A stretch of DNA of 62,996 bases, filler included, from Basidiobolus ranarum (GCA_040143965.1; 26 parts of 26 records of this genome joined end to end with filler, not necessarily neighbours in it), one strand, 5' to 3'; counted from the whole stretch's first letter, positions 36,457-49,027 are shown. Made by a program: numbers and translations. Notes: a model not told the origin generated them from the letters alone.

Positions 36457-36650
36457 GGTTTCTCTGGTGATCTTGACAGCACTACTTACGATTTTTTCTC
36501 AAAATTTCCAGAATCTTTACACACAGTACTCTGGACCTTCTCCGGACACAGTATTCCCCGAAGGTAAAGATCCCAATTTTCATCACAGAGATCTTTACAC
36601 CGCAATTGACAATGAAGACTATCCTGAGTGGGAGTTGGGGGTTCAAATTT
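36457..36650 (+). pseudogene. Large-subunit (clade 2) catalase pseudogene fragment
   Basis: YDFFSKFPESLHTVLWTFSGHSIPR is joined out of frame to GKDPNFHHRDLYTAIDNEDYPEWELGVQI; the ~50 aa normally between these blocks is missing; a repeat then truncates it. Confidence 0.85.
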
Positions 36651-37040
36651 GGGGGGGGGATTGAAAAGCACCAGGTGGTGTGAACTCTATTTAGCTTAGA
36701 TACTAATCTAAACAAAGTGACAATCCAGAAATCAATCTCTTAAGATATTGTGACAATACTGATCATATCCAGCAGAGTCCAAGGGTTATGGGGATGAAAA
36801 GCACCAGATGGTGTGGACTTTACTTAGCCTAAATACTAATTTTAACAAAGTGACAGTCAAGACATCAATCTTTTAAGATATTGTGACAATACTGGATCCA
36901 TACTTAACTTGATGGCCAAGTAATTAAGTTCTGAGGATGTAAATATAGAGTTAAGAGGCAAAGGTGGTATGCAGAAAGGAAGGTACTCAGTACAAACTAA
37001 ATGGACAATAGGACAAAAACCTGGAATAATGGGGAACAAG
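36651..37040 (-). mobile_element. Two tandem 3' ends of the CCCCC-TAA(CCC)-tailed repeat
   Basis: Minus strand AA(G)TAAAGTCCA-CACC-ATCT-GGTG-CTTTTCAT-CCCC(A)-TAACCCT (tail 36782-36788); the other copy ends in C9 at 36651. Confidence 0.65.
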
Positions 37041-37041
37041 A

Positions 37042-38298
37042 AATTAAAGTATTTGGGAGCCTGTTGGAAGTGGTTTGGAGAATTAGAGGAATTGGTAGTT
37101 TTCAATTGTTGATTTATTCAGTAGAAAGTTGACATTTATAGTTTTGTCAAGATGTAAGCAAACTAATATGTAGAATGTGTTAAGGAAGGTCCCAGGAACA
37201 TGTGTGCAAAGTTGGGGGCTTCTAGCCCAAGTTTGAAAAAATCTAGATATCTGAGAACTTCTAAGTTGGTAAAAATATTCCAAGAAAATTCCAATTGAGA
37301 ATAATGGATAATATCATAGTGAAATATAAGATAACAAAGTACTAAGCTATATATGACTATATAGGTGTTTGGGCAATGCTAATTTCAACACTCTCCCTCA
37401 ACTAATTAGTCATATAGACTAATCCTAATAAAGGTCTAAATTTCTCAAATTTCTGTCTATCTAATGGTTTGGTTAATATATCAGCAATCATGTCTTCTGT
37501 AGAACAATAAGTGAAGACAATAAACTTATTATCTATAGTCTCTCTAATGAAGTGATGCCTAATATCTATATACTTGCTTCTATCAGAAACATGGGATATT
37601 TAGCTAATTTGATACAACTTTGATTATCTTGAAATATTGTAGTTAGTGAATTTTGAGAATAATCAAAATCTGTTAAGAGTTTTCTTAACCATATTGCTTC
37701 TTTTGTTGCTTCACAGGGAGCCATATATTCAGCTTCTGTTGCTGAAAGTGATACAGTAGGTTGTTTCTTTGGATTCCAAGAAATAGCTCCATTACAGCAA
37801 CAAAATAAGCATCCTGTTGTAGATCTCCCATCTTCAATATCTCTTCCCCAATTTGCATCTGAATATCATATCAGATCAAAGTTTGATCCAGAATATGTGT
37901 ATTTTAAGCATAGATTAACAGTACCTTTCATGTATCTGAAAATCTGCTTAACTGCTATGATTTGATCAGATCCATAATTTTGATGATATTGGCACATAGC
38001 TCCCACTAAGTGTGCAATATCTGGCCATGTTCCAACCATGACATACATCAAACTACCAACCATAATTTGATAAGGAAATATCTAGCTTTCATATGAAACC
38101 AAAAACATCTGATTTGAGCCATTTTTGGTCAAGTTAAGATTTGTCTCCATTGGGATAGAAACTGTATTGCATTCCTCCATTTTAAACTTCTTTAGTATAT
38201 CTAGGATATACTTAGACTGGTTTAAAGTTATTGTTTTGTAGTTCTATCTATCTTAATTTGGATTCCAAGATAATATGTCACTTCACAAAGATCACTCA
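37042..38298 (-). mobile_element. Copia-A 3' end: RT/RNase H, PPT, 3' LTR (37042-37390)
   Basis: Closely similar to 22870-24105. Confidence 0.95.
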
Positions 38299-38781
38299 TC
38301 CAAACAAAAATAAAATCAATTTGATCCGGATTGGATCCACCCTCCAAAATAGCAAAACCATCAGAGAACCATCACAATATTGGTGGCTCACATTCTGCCA
38401 GGGATTTTGATGGTGTGAGGATGGTTTCTAGATGGTATTTTGATGGTATTCATACATGTTAAAATATTGATCCTCAAACTTGGCATGTGTTATTCAATAT
38501 CCAGCAATTTTTGAAAAAATGTAATTTTCAAACAGCAAATTACTGGATTTACTGCTCAAGGAATTCAATTTAATATGCATGCTTTTATTTAAATATTTTA
38601 GGCTTTGTATTCCAGCCATAATGAGAATCAAAAAATACAAGAATCTTGTTGTGTTTAGTCTCTACACATGCACATACTTGACTGATTAGACATAACTCAA
38701 CAATGTCTATATGCTTTACCAGCAAACTAATGGTGGAAAAATTGCTAAACATCTGAAATTCTGAATAGCACTGACACTTGG
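38299..38781 (-). mobile_element. CMC right end inserted in copia RT
   Basis: TCCAAACAAAAATAAAATCAATTTGATCCGGATTGGATCC. Confidence 0.88.
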
Positions 38782-38881
38782 NNNNNNNNNNNNNNNNNNN
38801 NNNNNNNNNNNNNNNNNNNNNNNNNTTAATTAATTAANNNNNNNNNNNNNNNNNNNNNNNNNNNNNNNNNNNNNNNNNNNN

Positions 38882-39970
38882 ATCACACGCCATGGATTTC
38901 ACCCCTTGACTGCAATACATGCTGAACTCCCTATGGATCATATTGCTATTGATCTAGCTGGACCATTCACAACCAGTGATGATGGAAATCACGACCTATT
39001 TGTGATAGCGGATGTTTGTACATGTTTTGTTTTTCCTAAAGATCTACCAGACAAATTTGCTACCACCATTGCCCAAGCCTTATTCAAGCTATTCTGCCTC
39101 TTTGGATTTCCCAAAATCATTCAATCCAATAATGGCATTGAGTTTGTTAACCAAGCCATCTAAGAACTCTGCTGTGACTCTGCCATTGATCACAGACTGA
39201 TCACTCCCCATAATCCTAAAGCTAATGGACTTGTAGAAAGACATGTTCAAACTTCTGTGAACATAATCCATAAATTCATCAAAGGAGTCAGGAAGAATTG
39301 GGACAAGTTAATCACAATGGTTCCATATGCTATCAACACCAAGATTGCTGCACTCCATGGATCCACTCCATTCTCTCTTATGCTTGGAAGAATGTTTAGC
39401 TAACTACATAATTATCAAGATGTTCTACTCAGACCAATCAATACCAAAGACATAATCAAATGCCTTTAATTTCTAAAAGATATTGGCTACCTTGGAATCA
39501 ACTCAGGAAGCAAAAGTAGTCAGCAGAAGATGATGTTTAAGCACACTTCTAGGTACAAGACCACTAGTTTTCCTGAAGGTTCTTTTGTCATTCCTTTAGA
39601 TCCCATCTGCCAATCTAAGCTTGATCCCAGGTATGAAGGTCCCTTCAAGATTATCAGAAGCACCACTGGAGGATCTTATGTGCTTCAAGATAACACTGGA
39701 GCCTTACTACCCAAGAACTTTCCACTGTTTTCCCTTGAACTTATTTCACAAGATCCAATATCCATAGAATCATATGAAGTGGAAGCCATAGTCAATCATA
39801 ATGGTGAAGAACCCAACTGCCTTTACTTAGTGAAGTGGAAAGGTTACAATGCCACACACAATACCTGGGAGCTCTATAGCCACTTTGACAATATCTCTAT
39901 CATTGATCAATATTGGAATAAATGTAGAGGATCACCTACAAAGAAAAGTCCTGATCCTAGGAGGGAATGA
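38882..39970 (+). mobile_element. Ty3/gypsy chromovirus integrase with GPF motif and chromodomain, decayed
   Basis: PMDHIAIDLAGPF, FGFPKIIQSNNG.EFVN, KLDPRYEGPFKII, YEVEAIVNH..YLVKWKGY...NTWE. Confidence 0.96.
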
Positions 39971-40551
39971 TGTTGTGCACCAACATACAGAGTTGCTTAA
40001 CTTATGCCATATCTATACAACTTGCATGAATATCTCTTTAGTTTATCATTATTGCTAACTAGTCACCTGACCTTATGCAGTGACTTTATCATGTGACCTA
40101 TCATATGACTAACTACCTATTCTCTTATCCCATCTATTGGATCATATGATCAATCACATGCTCATTTTCCAATCAGTATTAATCTCCAAGTCATTTGCCT
40201 AGACACAAGTCAATATGAGTCACAAGATTCATAATCAATGATCTTTCACTGCCAAGACTTCAGCTGATGCATGACTCACTTATCTATCTATCCAATCACA
40301 TTATCTTTTATCAGAATCAGTCATCTAATATCTTGGCACTGACTAATTCACTTAGCTATTAAAAAGTATAAATAAAGCTAACTGAACCTTTTGGTTTAGT
40401 GTGTGTCTTAACAAATATAGGATCTCAACACTTCTCAGTGTTTCTCAACAAATTCAATATTCCCCTCTCATTTCTATCCAAGCCTAGTATTAACTAGCAC
40501 TTACAGAACACCAAGCCTAGCTGCCTAGCAAACCTACTCTCTACCATAACA
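39971..40551 (+). repeat. Gypsy 3' LTR (581 bp)
   Basis: PPT AGGAGGGAATGA then TGTTGTG...CATAACA; AATAAA near 40370. Confidence 0.8.
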
Positions 40552-40699
40552 TGGCAACCCACTGGTATTCCCAAAACATATATTAGTTAGATCTGCTCTG
40601 CTGATATAACCTGCTTAAACAGTTCTAAGATTATGCACTTAACTGTTTCTTTGGTTCAGTAAAGTTAAAGACTTTTTATCCACTTTTCTCTTGGACACA

Positions 40700-41205
40700 A
40701 CAGACCTAATATTAAAGACAATTTGCTAATTCAATGTTCAAGAGCCAAAACTGCCAGGAAGGTATGGAAAGCCTAGGAAGACACCTGCCAAATATGTTCT
40801 GCTGCCAACAAGATGCTCCTAAGTAGAGAGTTCCTTAACTTAAAGATGAAGCCAGGAGAAGACATTGAATCACTAATTAATAGAGTCACTATTTTAGTGG
40901 ATGAAACAGAATGCATGTGAGTATCTACTTCCAATAATGACATATTAGTAACCATCCTCAATAGCCTGCCACACAAGTTCCAGAGCCTAGGAATGGATCT
41001 AGAACCAAGAACTGAAAATTTGACCTTAAATTTGTTGAAGTATTTGGATGCCATTGCAAGTAGTTTAGAGAATTAGAGAAATTAGTGGTTTTCACTTATT
41101 GATTAATTGAGTTGAAAGTTGCCATTTATAGTTTTGTCAATATGTAAACAAATTAACATGTACAATCTGTTTAGGAAGGTCCTAGGAGCATGTGTGCAAA
41201 GTTTG
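40700..41205. mobile_element. Copia gag fragment (+) followed by LTR-A (-, from 41033)
   Basis: KDNLLIQCSRAKTARKVWKAL matches the 34870 region; LTR-A homology. Confidence 0.85.
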
Positions 41206-41305
41206 NNNNNNNNNNNNNNNNNNNNNNNNNNNNNNNNNNNNNNNNNNNNTTAATTAATTAANNNNNNNNNNNNNNNNNNNNNNNNNNNNNNNNNNNNNNN
41301 NNNNN

Positions 41306-42100
41306 TAATTTTAACAAGCCAAATATGAACAATATTTACCTGATTCAGCAATTGCCAATTGTGTGCAAACAGTACATGACTTCAAATTTTTCAGATCACC
41401 AGTGAAAGCCAAACAACTATTTGGACTTGAAGGTAGTTTAATTTCTGAAGGATTATAGGTCATACAATTGATAAGTGTTTTCCACTTGTACCAGGTCTGT
41501 GGCCAGCAACAGTTGCCCATCAACTGTGGTAAAAGTGCAAGAAAACCAATCAACATCTGGTTACAAAGATTGAATTGAACTCTCCCACCTCAATAATCAA
41601 AGCTGCTTCCATTACAGTAAGTGTTATCTGTGGACTTATGATTGCCAATAACAAAGAGTCTGTAAAAGAACCATCCTCTTCTTCTTCAACTTCTGATATA
41701 CTACCATCTGTACTGGAATAACCAAGGACAACATCTAGCAGTAAGTCCTCAAAGTTGTCTGGACTTACTGGTTTGACCAAAGTTGCATTTGGACTTACAT
41801 CATTCTGGTCATATAAATGTGGTAACTCCATGGTATCTTGACTTTTAGCAGTGTTACAAAAACTTCAAGGCAGCAGACTCAATGGGCAAAACTAAAGTCA
41901 ATTTAGTGTGCTTGTTACTGTTCTTATACACCAGGCTTTGTGCAACTGGTAAATCTGTACAGTGACCATGCTTGTGATTATTTTTTCTATGAAGCCTCTG
42001 GCATTGATAGCACAAGAATTTGTGATAATAATAGCAGGGCTTCTTAAATATTTGTGTTGCAGCATGTGAAGGATATTGTAAAAAAGAACATCTTGCATGT
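41306..42100 (-). mobile_element. CMC transposase N-terminus
   Basis: Homologous to 2439-3090 and 17504-18060. Confidence 0.88.
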
Positions 42101-42276
42101 TAGGATGGTATCTTAGGTATAGCCCAACAATATCATCAGCTGATTCTGAGACAGTGTCACAGATGAGTCATCAGGGGATTTACAATATATTTCTGGTATT
42201 AGATGACAATTTTGGTTTATTAAAAGCTGTTTCTAAGAAATTTCTGTACACCATGTTTATCATCTGAAAATTTCAA

Positions 42277-43629
42277 TGCCATTCAATAAGCATTCAAAAT
42301 CTAAGTCAGAATTTGCTTCCAAGCCAAAGCCTGCTGGCACAAAGGGAAAAAACCAGCAAGAACAGAGGACTTTATTCATGAGCAGTCTAGCAAACCTCTA
42401 TCCACTTTGAAAAGCATTAACATGCCAGAAGCTAACTCAAGTACTGATGAAGAAATAGTCAATTTACCAGATGTGTTCCTTTCCAGCAATAGTGCAAGTG
42501 ATGAGATTGTGATCCCCCAATTATGTAGTAAATCAATAATTGAGCAAAGTTCAATCACAACACTGTCAAGACCATCAACTTCCAAAATGGCTACTTTGCC
42601 TACTATTGAGTAAAATGCTATAAAAAATTTTGATAGAATTATTTCATCAAGGGAATCTCAGGAAAAACACTGTAATTATTTGTATGCAATCATAAGTAAA
42701 AACAACAAAGTTACTATACAGGCCATGACAAGCAATAATGCTGCAATATTGCAATTAATGCAGTGTTTGGAAGCAAGTAGTCAACAGTTAAATTGTCACT
42801 TGACAATGATACAAGACCTCCAGAATGCTGTACTTGAGCTACAGTAACATGCTGCTCCCTCCATCCATTCTCATACAGGACTTCAAACAATCCCACACCA
42901 TACATATTAATGTCATCATGACAATCTAGTAGAGCATAATATGTGTTGGAGCATTAAGCCTACACAACAACCCAAATTGCTTTGGCACATGAAAGTAGAA
43001 AACCCATAGGAAAACTGGCAAACCAAATGACTCTAATGTCAGAGCTGCCATCACTTGCTCTGATGTTGAGTGGTTTAACATTTTGGAAACTGTGCAGAAT
43101 TTTGCCCAAAATCACCGGGATTTGAGCCAATTGTGGAAAAACCTAAAACTGGGCGTTACTCTGAAGGTTCTTGACTTAATTCATGTGGCTTATCCTGAAT
43201 TTTTGCAAGCAAATGGCAACTGGGCTAGTATAAGCCTATTCATGAAACACCTCAAAAATGTATGCAATTATTGACTTGAGAAAGAAAGAAAAGCAGCTAA
43301 AGAAGTACCCAAGGCAAAGGAGTTTAGTAACCTAAGGGAAAAGCAAAGGAGCCAGTGAGCTTAGACTCTACTGTCCCACTTACCAAATTCTTCACACCAT
43401 TCCAAAGATCTACATTTCCAGAGTCAGATATACTGGCAAAAAAGCTTAATTTTACCATGGAACCAGGTACACCAATTGGAAGAGTGCTAAATTTGGAAGT
43501 TTATTCAACACCTGGCATCTCTCAACATGCCAGAACACCAGCAAATAAACCTCATGGCTCTCCAACCTCAACTAGTACTTTTCAAAGTGTTGAAATTAGC
43601 CCCAAATTTAAAGGCAAGCAAAAAGCCAC
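42277..43629 (+). pseudogene. CMC element ORF2 (unknown accessory protein), divergent from the transposase
   Basis: MPFNKHSKSK.., Ser-rich region, LETVQNFAQNH.DL.QLWK..K..V.LKVLDL.HVA.P.FLQAN.NWAS..LF.KHLKN; repeated at 19470-19865 and 50999-51900. Confidence 0.7.
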
Positions 43630-43729
43630 NNNNNNNNNNNNNNNNNNNNNNNNNNNNNNNNNNNNNNNNNNNNTTAATTAATTAANNNNNNNNNNNNNNN
43701 NNNNNNNNNNNNNNNNNNNNNNNNNNNNN

Positions 43730-44750
43730 GTTTTGGATTAGGTGTTTACTTACTCTCATAAGATTGTCAAGTTAGATTTGATTTTAATCAATTTTTTCAG
43801 TTGCAAGAGTGAAATTTCAGGATCTTGCAAAATAGTTGCACATGATTGACTACAATCTCAGAGAACTATGGATCAACACATGTGCAAAAAATGTAACTCA
43901 AATTTTACACATTGCCTACTTGAATGCTAATTTGTCACCATTGAATTCCCTAGTTTCATTGATATATTCTCCTGTAGACTTTTATAGAGTTCTCCATGCC
44001 TAAGGTTTGGTGCATATCCAACATGAGTTTGTATCAATATCTCCATCAAAGCCCACCATTGTATTAAAGTTGCTCATTCTACTTTCTTCCAGCTCTATGG
44101 CGGATACCCCGAAATATTGTGCCATTCCTTATTAAGTTCTTTGCAGATATCTGCATGATGAACACCAGACTGAATGTCAGGTTGAAGCCACTTTCAGGAG
44201 TGAAATCTCAAGATCTTGCAAAATAGTTGCACATGATTGGCTACAATCTCAGAGAACTATGAATCAACCCAAGTGCAAGAATGTGACCCAAATTTTACAC
44301 ATTTACCACTTGAATGCTAATTGGTCACCTTTGAAATTCCTAGTTTCTTTAATATATTTTCCTGAATATTTCTACAGTGTTCTTCATACTCAAGGTTTAG
44401 CTCATATCTAACACAAGTTTGTATCAATATCTCCATCAAAGCTGACCATTGTATTAACAATGCTGAATCAACATTCTTCCAGCTATCTGGCAGATACCCT
44501 GCAATAGTGTGCCACTCTGTGTTACATTCTTTGCAGATATCTGCATGATGAGCACCAGATCAAATGTCAAGTTAAAGCCACTTTCTGTATACTGGCACTG
44601 TGTTTTTCCCTTCTTACTTGTGAAAATACTCATCAAGCACTTTTACTATTTTTAGACATCCTTGCAGAGTGGCACTACTGAGGGTGCTCTGCAGTGTTTG
44701 TGTAGGTTTTTACTTGCCTAGTTTGGCATTTTCCACTGTTTGTTTGCTGG
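43730..44750 (+). mobile_element. CMC left subterminal region, partly duplicated in tandem (second copy from ~44195)
   Basis: Both parts match 62280-62890. Confidence 0.85.
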
Positions 44751-44799
44751 TTAAGCCTAGTTATGTTGGCTTGTTTTCCACATATACAACCCTCACAAA

Positions 44800-45600
44800 T
44801 TTCCATTTTGGTTGGGAATTAATTAGAATTCCACAAATTAGGCCATTGATGATCATTTGTTCAAGTAATCAAATCCAACATGGCCAAATCTCTTATGCTA
44901 TAATTGAATTATTTCTGGATTGCAATAACTTATGTTTACACATAAACATCATGGATTATATATGTTTTTGTATAAGTTCTGATCCTTTTCTCCCCAAGCT
45001 TATAATTCCCATTTTGATCAGGGTTGGTGCATCCTGACTTATCAAAATTGAATTTTAGCCCTTCTGAGGTGGCCTCTTATACAGATATCAAATTCTTGAA
45101 AATATCTGGAACCTGCGGTACATCCTTAAAAGTATATATTTCTCTTTGGAAGCTCCAGTCAAATTGAGTTGAATTGTTCCCACTCCAAAAGCATCAATTG
45201 CATGGTCATCTCCCATGAAAACCTTTCTAATTCGGATTTCTTCATAATCCACAAACCATTGTTTTTCATATGTGAAATGTTGGGAAGCTCCAGAATCAAT
45301 ATACCACATCTGAAAATCCTTGTTGGTAGTCTTAGATAGAGCAGAAATGAACAAGGGATCTTCTGTTGTAACCACATTTCCGGATTGATTATATTTTTCT
45401 TCTTTTGCATTTGTTTTAAAGCAATCTTTACTTAGATGGCTAGTTCTTTTACAGTAATCACAGAATCTGTCACATTCCTTCTTAAAGTACTTTTGACCTT
45501 TATAGGAAGGTTTCCCATAACCTATTAAAGCATTTTTTTTGTTGTTTTGGTTGCATCCTGATTTGCATAAATCTTCATCCAGAAGTCTGCCAAATACATA
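44800..45600 (-). mobile_element. Copia gag zinc knuckle-protease-pre-integrase remnant
   Basis: CDYCKRTSHLSKDC, WYIDSGASQH. Confidence 0.93.
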
Positions 45601-46053
45601 CCCTAACAAAAGTAAAATTGATTTGATCTGGATTAGATCAACCCTTCCAAATTGCAAAGCTGTCAGAGAACCATCACAATATTGGTGGCTTGCATTCTGC
45701 CAGGGATTTTGATGATGTGATGGCAGTTTCTTAATGGTATTAAAATGGGATTCATACATGTTGAATATTGCTCCATATATTTGGCATGTGTTATTAATTT
45801 CCGGCAATTTTTGCAAAATATAATTTTTGAATGGCAAATTACTGGGTTTTCTGATATAGGAATTCAAATTAATATGCATGCCTTCATTTAGTTATTTTAG
45901 GCTTTGTATTCCAGCCATAATAAGAATCAAAAATGCAAGAATCTTGTTGTGTTTAGTCTCTACATATGTACATACTTGACTGATCAGACATAACTCAACA
46001 ACATCAGTATGCTTTACCAGCAAACTAACGGTGGAAAAATTGCTAAACATCTT
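45601..46053 (-). mobile_element. CMC right end inserted in copia gag
   Basis: CCCTAACAAAAGTAAAATTGATTTGATCTGG. Confidence 0.9.
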
Positions 46054-46153
46054 NNNNNNNNNNNNNNNNNNNNNNNNNNNNNNNNNNNNNNNNNNNNTTA
46101 ATTAATTAANNNNNNNNNNNNNNNNNNNNNNNNNNNNNNNNNNNNNNNNNNNN

Positions 46154-46262
46154 CAGTATTGTCACAATATCTTAAAAGATTGATGTCTTGATTGTCACTT
46201 TGTTTAGATTAGTATTTAAGCTAAATAAAGTCCACACCATCTGGTGCTTTTCATCCCCCTAA
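46154..46262 (+). mobile_element. 3' end of the CCCCC-TAA-tailed repeat
   Basis: AAATAAAGTCCACACCATCTGGTGCTTTTCATCCCCCTAA. Confidence 0.65.
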
Positions 46263-46490
46263 GATACTTTGGCAAGAATCTTTATTGATAATTGGTGTTG
46301 ATCAGACTGAGGTCTGATCAAGGAATACATGGGGCTTATATAGATATTGCAAGGTGAAACATGATATACTTAATAGGGAATATACTGTGGCAAGTTCAAG
46401 AGTCAGGGTGTTGGGGACTATGAGGACCAATACAAAGAGGGATGATATAAGGAAGATGTAAGGATGATCAGGTGACCTTCCATGGAAGGT
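46263..46490 (-). repeat. Repeat with a perfect 10-bp hairpin (second copy at 60679-60829)
   Basis: TTGATCAGAC-TGAG-GTCTGATCAA at 46298-46321. Confidence 0.7.
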
Positions 46491-46499
46491 CTTGGCAGA

Positions 46500-47714
46500 A
46501 ATTAGAAGTTCTCAGATATATAGATTTTTCAAGCTTATGCTAGAAGCCCCAAACTGTGCCCACATGCTCCTGGGACCTTCCTTAACATATTCTACATATT
46601 AGTTTGTTTACATCTTGACAAAGCTATAAATGTCAACTTTCTACTCAATAAATCAATAAGTGGAAACCACCAATTCCTCTAATTCTCCAAACCAGTTCCA
46701 ACAGGCTCCCAAATACTTCAACATTTATGTCCTCAGAACTGGATTATATTGGTCAGCAAGTTAAGTATGGATATGATCCATTTTTGTCACAATATCTTAA
46801 AAGATTGATATAATGATTGTCACTTTGTTTGGAATAGTATATAAACTAAATAAAGTCCACACTACATGGTGCTTTTCATCCCCCTAAGACTTCTTGATGA
46901 GATAGAATGAGATATCCAGTATTATTGTTTTAGCCATGGGGTAATCAGTGCAAGCAATGATACATCTACTTGTGACAGGATATTTGTTGAGTGCAAGTTA
47001 GGGATATTTTGGCCAAATTCTTTATGGAACTCTGTCAAAATCCAAGAGCTTATTCTCATTGTCAATGGTAACCAGGGTCAGCTATTTGCCAAGTGTCAGT
47101 GCTACTCCAAATTTCAGATGGTTGGCAATTTTTCCATAGTTGGTTTGCTGGTAAAGCATATTGTTATTGAGTTATGTCTGATCAGTCAAGTATGTGCCTA
47201 TATAGAGACTAAACTCAAGATTCTTTTGTTTTTTGATTTGCATTATGGCTGGAATACAAAGCCTAAAATATCTGAATAAAGGCATGCATAATAATTCAAA
47301 TTCCTATAGCAGTAAGCCCGTAATTTGCCATTTGAAAATTGGTTTTTTCCAATATCAGAAATCTCATGTATCCTACTGCAACCAACCAAGTAGATATTAG
47401 ACATCATTTTATTAAAGAAACTGTAGAGAATAAGTTTACTGATTCAACTAATTGTTCTACAGAAAACATAATTGTGATATATTGAACAAACCAGCAGCTA
47501 GGCAGAAATTTGAGAAATTTAGACCATTCTTAGGATTAGTTTCTATTACTATTTCGTTGAGGGATAATATTGAATTTAGCATTGCCTAAACACCTATATA
47601 GTCATATATAGCATAGTATTTAGCTATCCTATGTTTCACCACGATATCGCCCATTATTCTCAATCGGGATTTACTTAGAAGTTTTCAAACATATAGATTT
47701 AAAATACTTCAACA
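46500..47714 (+). mobile_element. Nest: LTR-A 3' part (to 46723), tailed repeat (46724-46887), CMC C-terminus (46888-47340), copia RNase H end, PPT and internally deleted LTR-A (47568-47714)
   Basis: Homology to other copies in the window; DIRHHFIKE motif. Confidence 0.85.
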
Positions 47715-48351
47715 GCATTAAGGTTACAGAATAATCTGGAGTGTGTTATGACGTGATCAATATCATAACCTTTGTATATTGATATTGGCCTTAAAATGTT
47801 GTTGACATGTATGATGATAATGGTCTATATATATCATTGCTTTTAATGACAGAATAGCTATAGATCAAATATCATTTCAAAAATAACAATGTTAATTTTG
47901 AGATAGATCACGATCTTGAGCAGCCAACAAAAATGCATTGACTTGAATGGTGCTTACTTTTCACAGACTTTCAGTGATATGGCAGTAGTACACACACAAA
48001 AACCGCAGCATGGATGAATTACCACAGTTGCACAAACACATCTACCGCAGCAGGAATGAATTACCGCAATAGTGGGATTCTCTATGACGTTTCTCTATTT
48101 ACTAATTGCATGCCCATATCCGGATATAGGATTAATTTCGGGCGATATTAACCAATTCTCAATACCGAAAAAGAAATCTTGTTTCGAACTAAAGTATTTT
48201 TGGTTTCAGTGCAAAGACAGGTAAATTGTATCTCCCAGTGGCATCGTTGATGTATACAGAAGAGAAAAATCTCCAAATTTCATATAAATATTGAATCATT
48301 TCGACAAAATAGTTACTTACTTCCTTTTTCTTTTCAACGAAACAAAACAAA

Positions 48352-48476
48352 ATGTATGCAAATTTCACGCCTAAAAAGGTTGCTAAAGTTAGCTCCAAAA
48401 TGGAAAAAGAAACACCCGAGGTTACGAATTGGGTTGATACGTTGAATCAAATCATTGAGGATCTCTCAGAGAGTAA
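48352..48476 (+). CDS. Probable 5' end of an unidentified host gene
   Basis: TATAAATA ~65 bp upstream, CAAAACAAA-ATG context, frame MYANFTPKKVAKVSSKMEKETPEVTNWVDTLNQIIEDLSES open to the contig end, CpG retained. Confidence 0.55.
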
Positions 48477-48576
48477 NNNNNNNNNNNNNNNNNNNNNNNN
48501 NNNNNNNNNNNNNNNNNNNNTTAATTAATTAANNNNNNNNNNNNNNNNNNNNNNNNNNNNNNNNNNNNNNNNNNNN

Positions 48577-49027
48577 AACTAATACTATTCGCATATGGGG
48601 CGATGGAAATACAAAGTTTGATATAACTACATTGGAAGATACTGGTAGATTTACTGCTGAAGCACTGCTAGATCCCAATGTTGGCGAACGATTTGAATGC
48701 CACGGCGAGGAAGTCTCCTTAAACGAGCTGGCAGAGCGTTTGGAGAAGGCTCTAGGAGTTGAATTAAAGCGTGACACGCTCGGTTCTGTTGAGGAGTTAG
48801 AGACCATGCTTGAAAAAAATTTGAGCCAAGATCCAAATGCTCACCTCTCTGAGCAATATATGCTTCCACTTGTATCTGGAGTAGGTAAATTGCAAAATCT
48901 TCAAAATTCAAAGTATCCCAACTTAAAGCCCAAATCTTTGGAGCAATACATCGCAGAATTTAGAAAAGTCAGCCCACATGACATGAAAAACCCTGATTAT
49001 GTTGGCAGAGTAAAATCCAATAACTAA
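48577..49027 (+). CDS. NmrA/isoflavone-reductase-like NAD(P)-binding protein, 3' fragment
   Basis: IWGDGNTKFDITTLEDTGRFTAEALLDP..GEEVSL.ELA..GSVEEL..QY...L.SG.GKL....NSKYP..KP.SLEQY. Confidence 0.88.

Noticed and set aside
45088-45879. 263-aa ORF with a novel N-terminus fused to a zinc knuckle and protease
   Set aside because: Chance read-through from the CMC right end (TIR at 45601) into copia gag; the CMC part has stops or frameshifts in other copies
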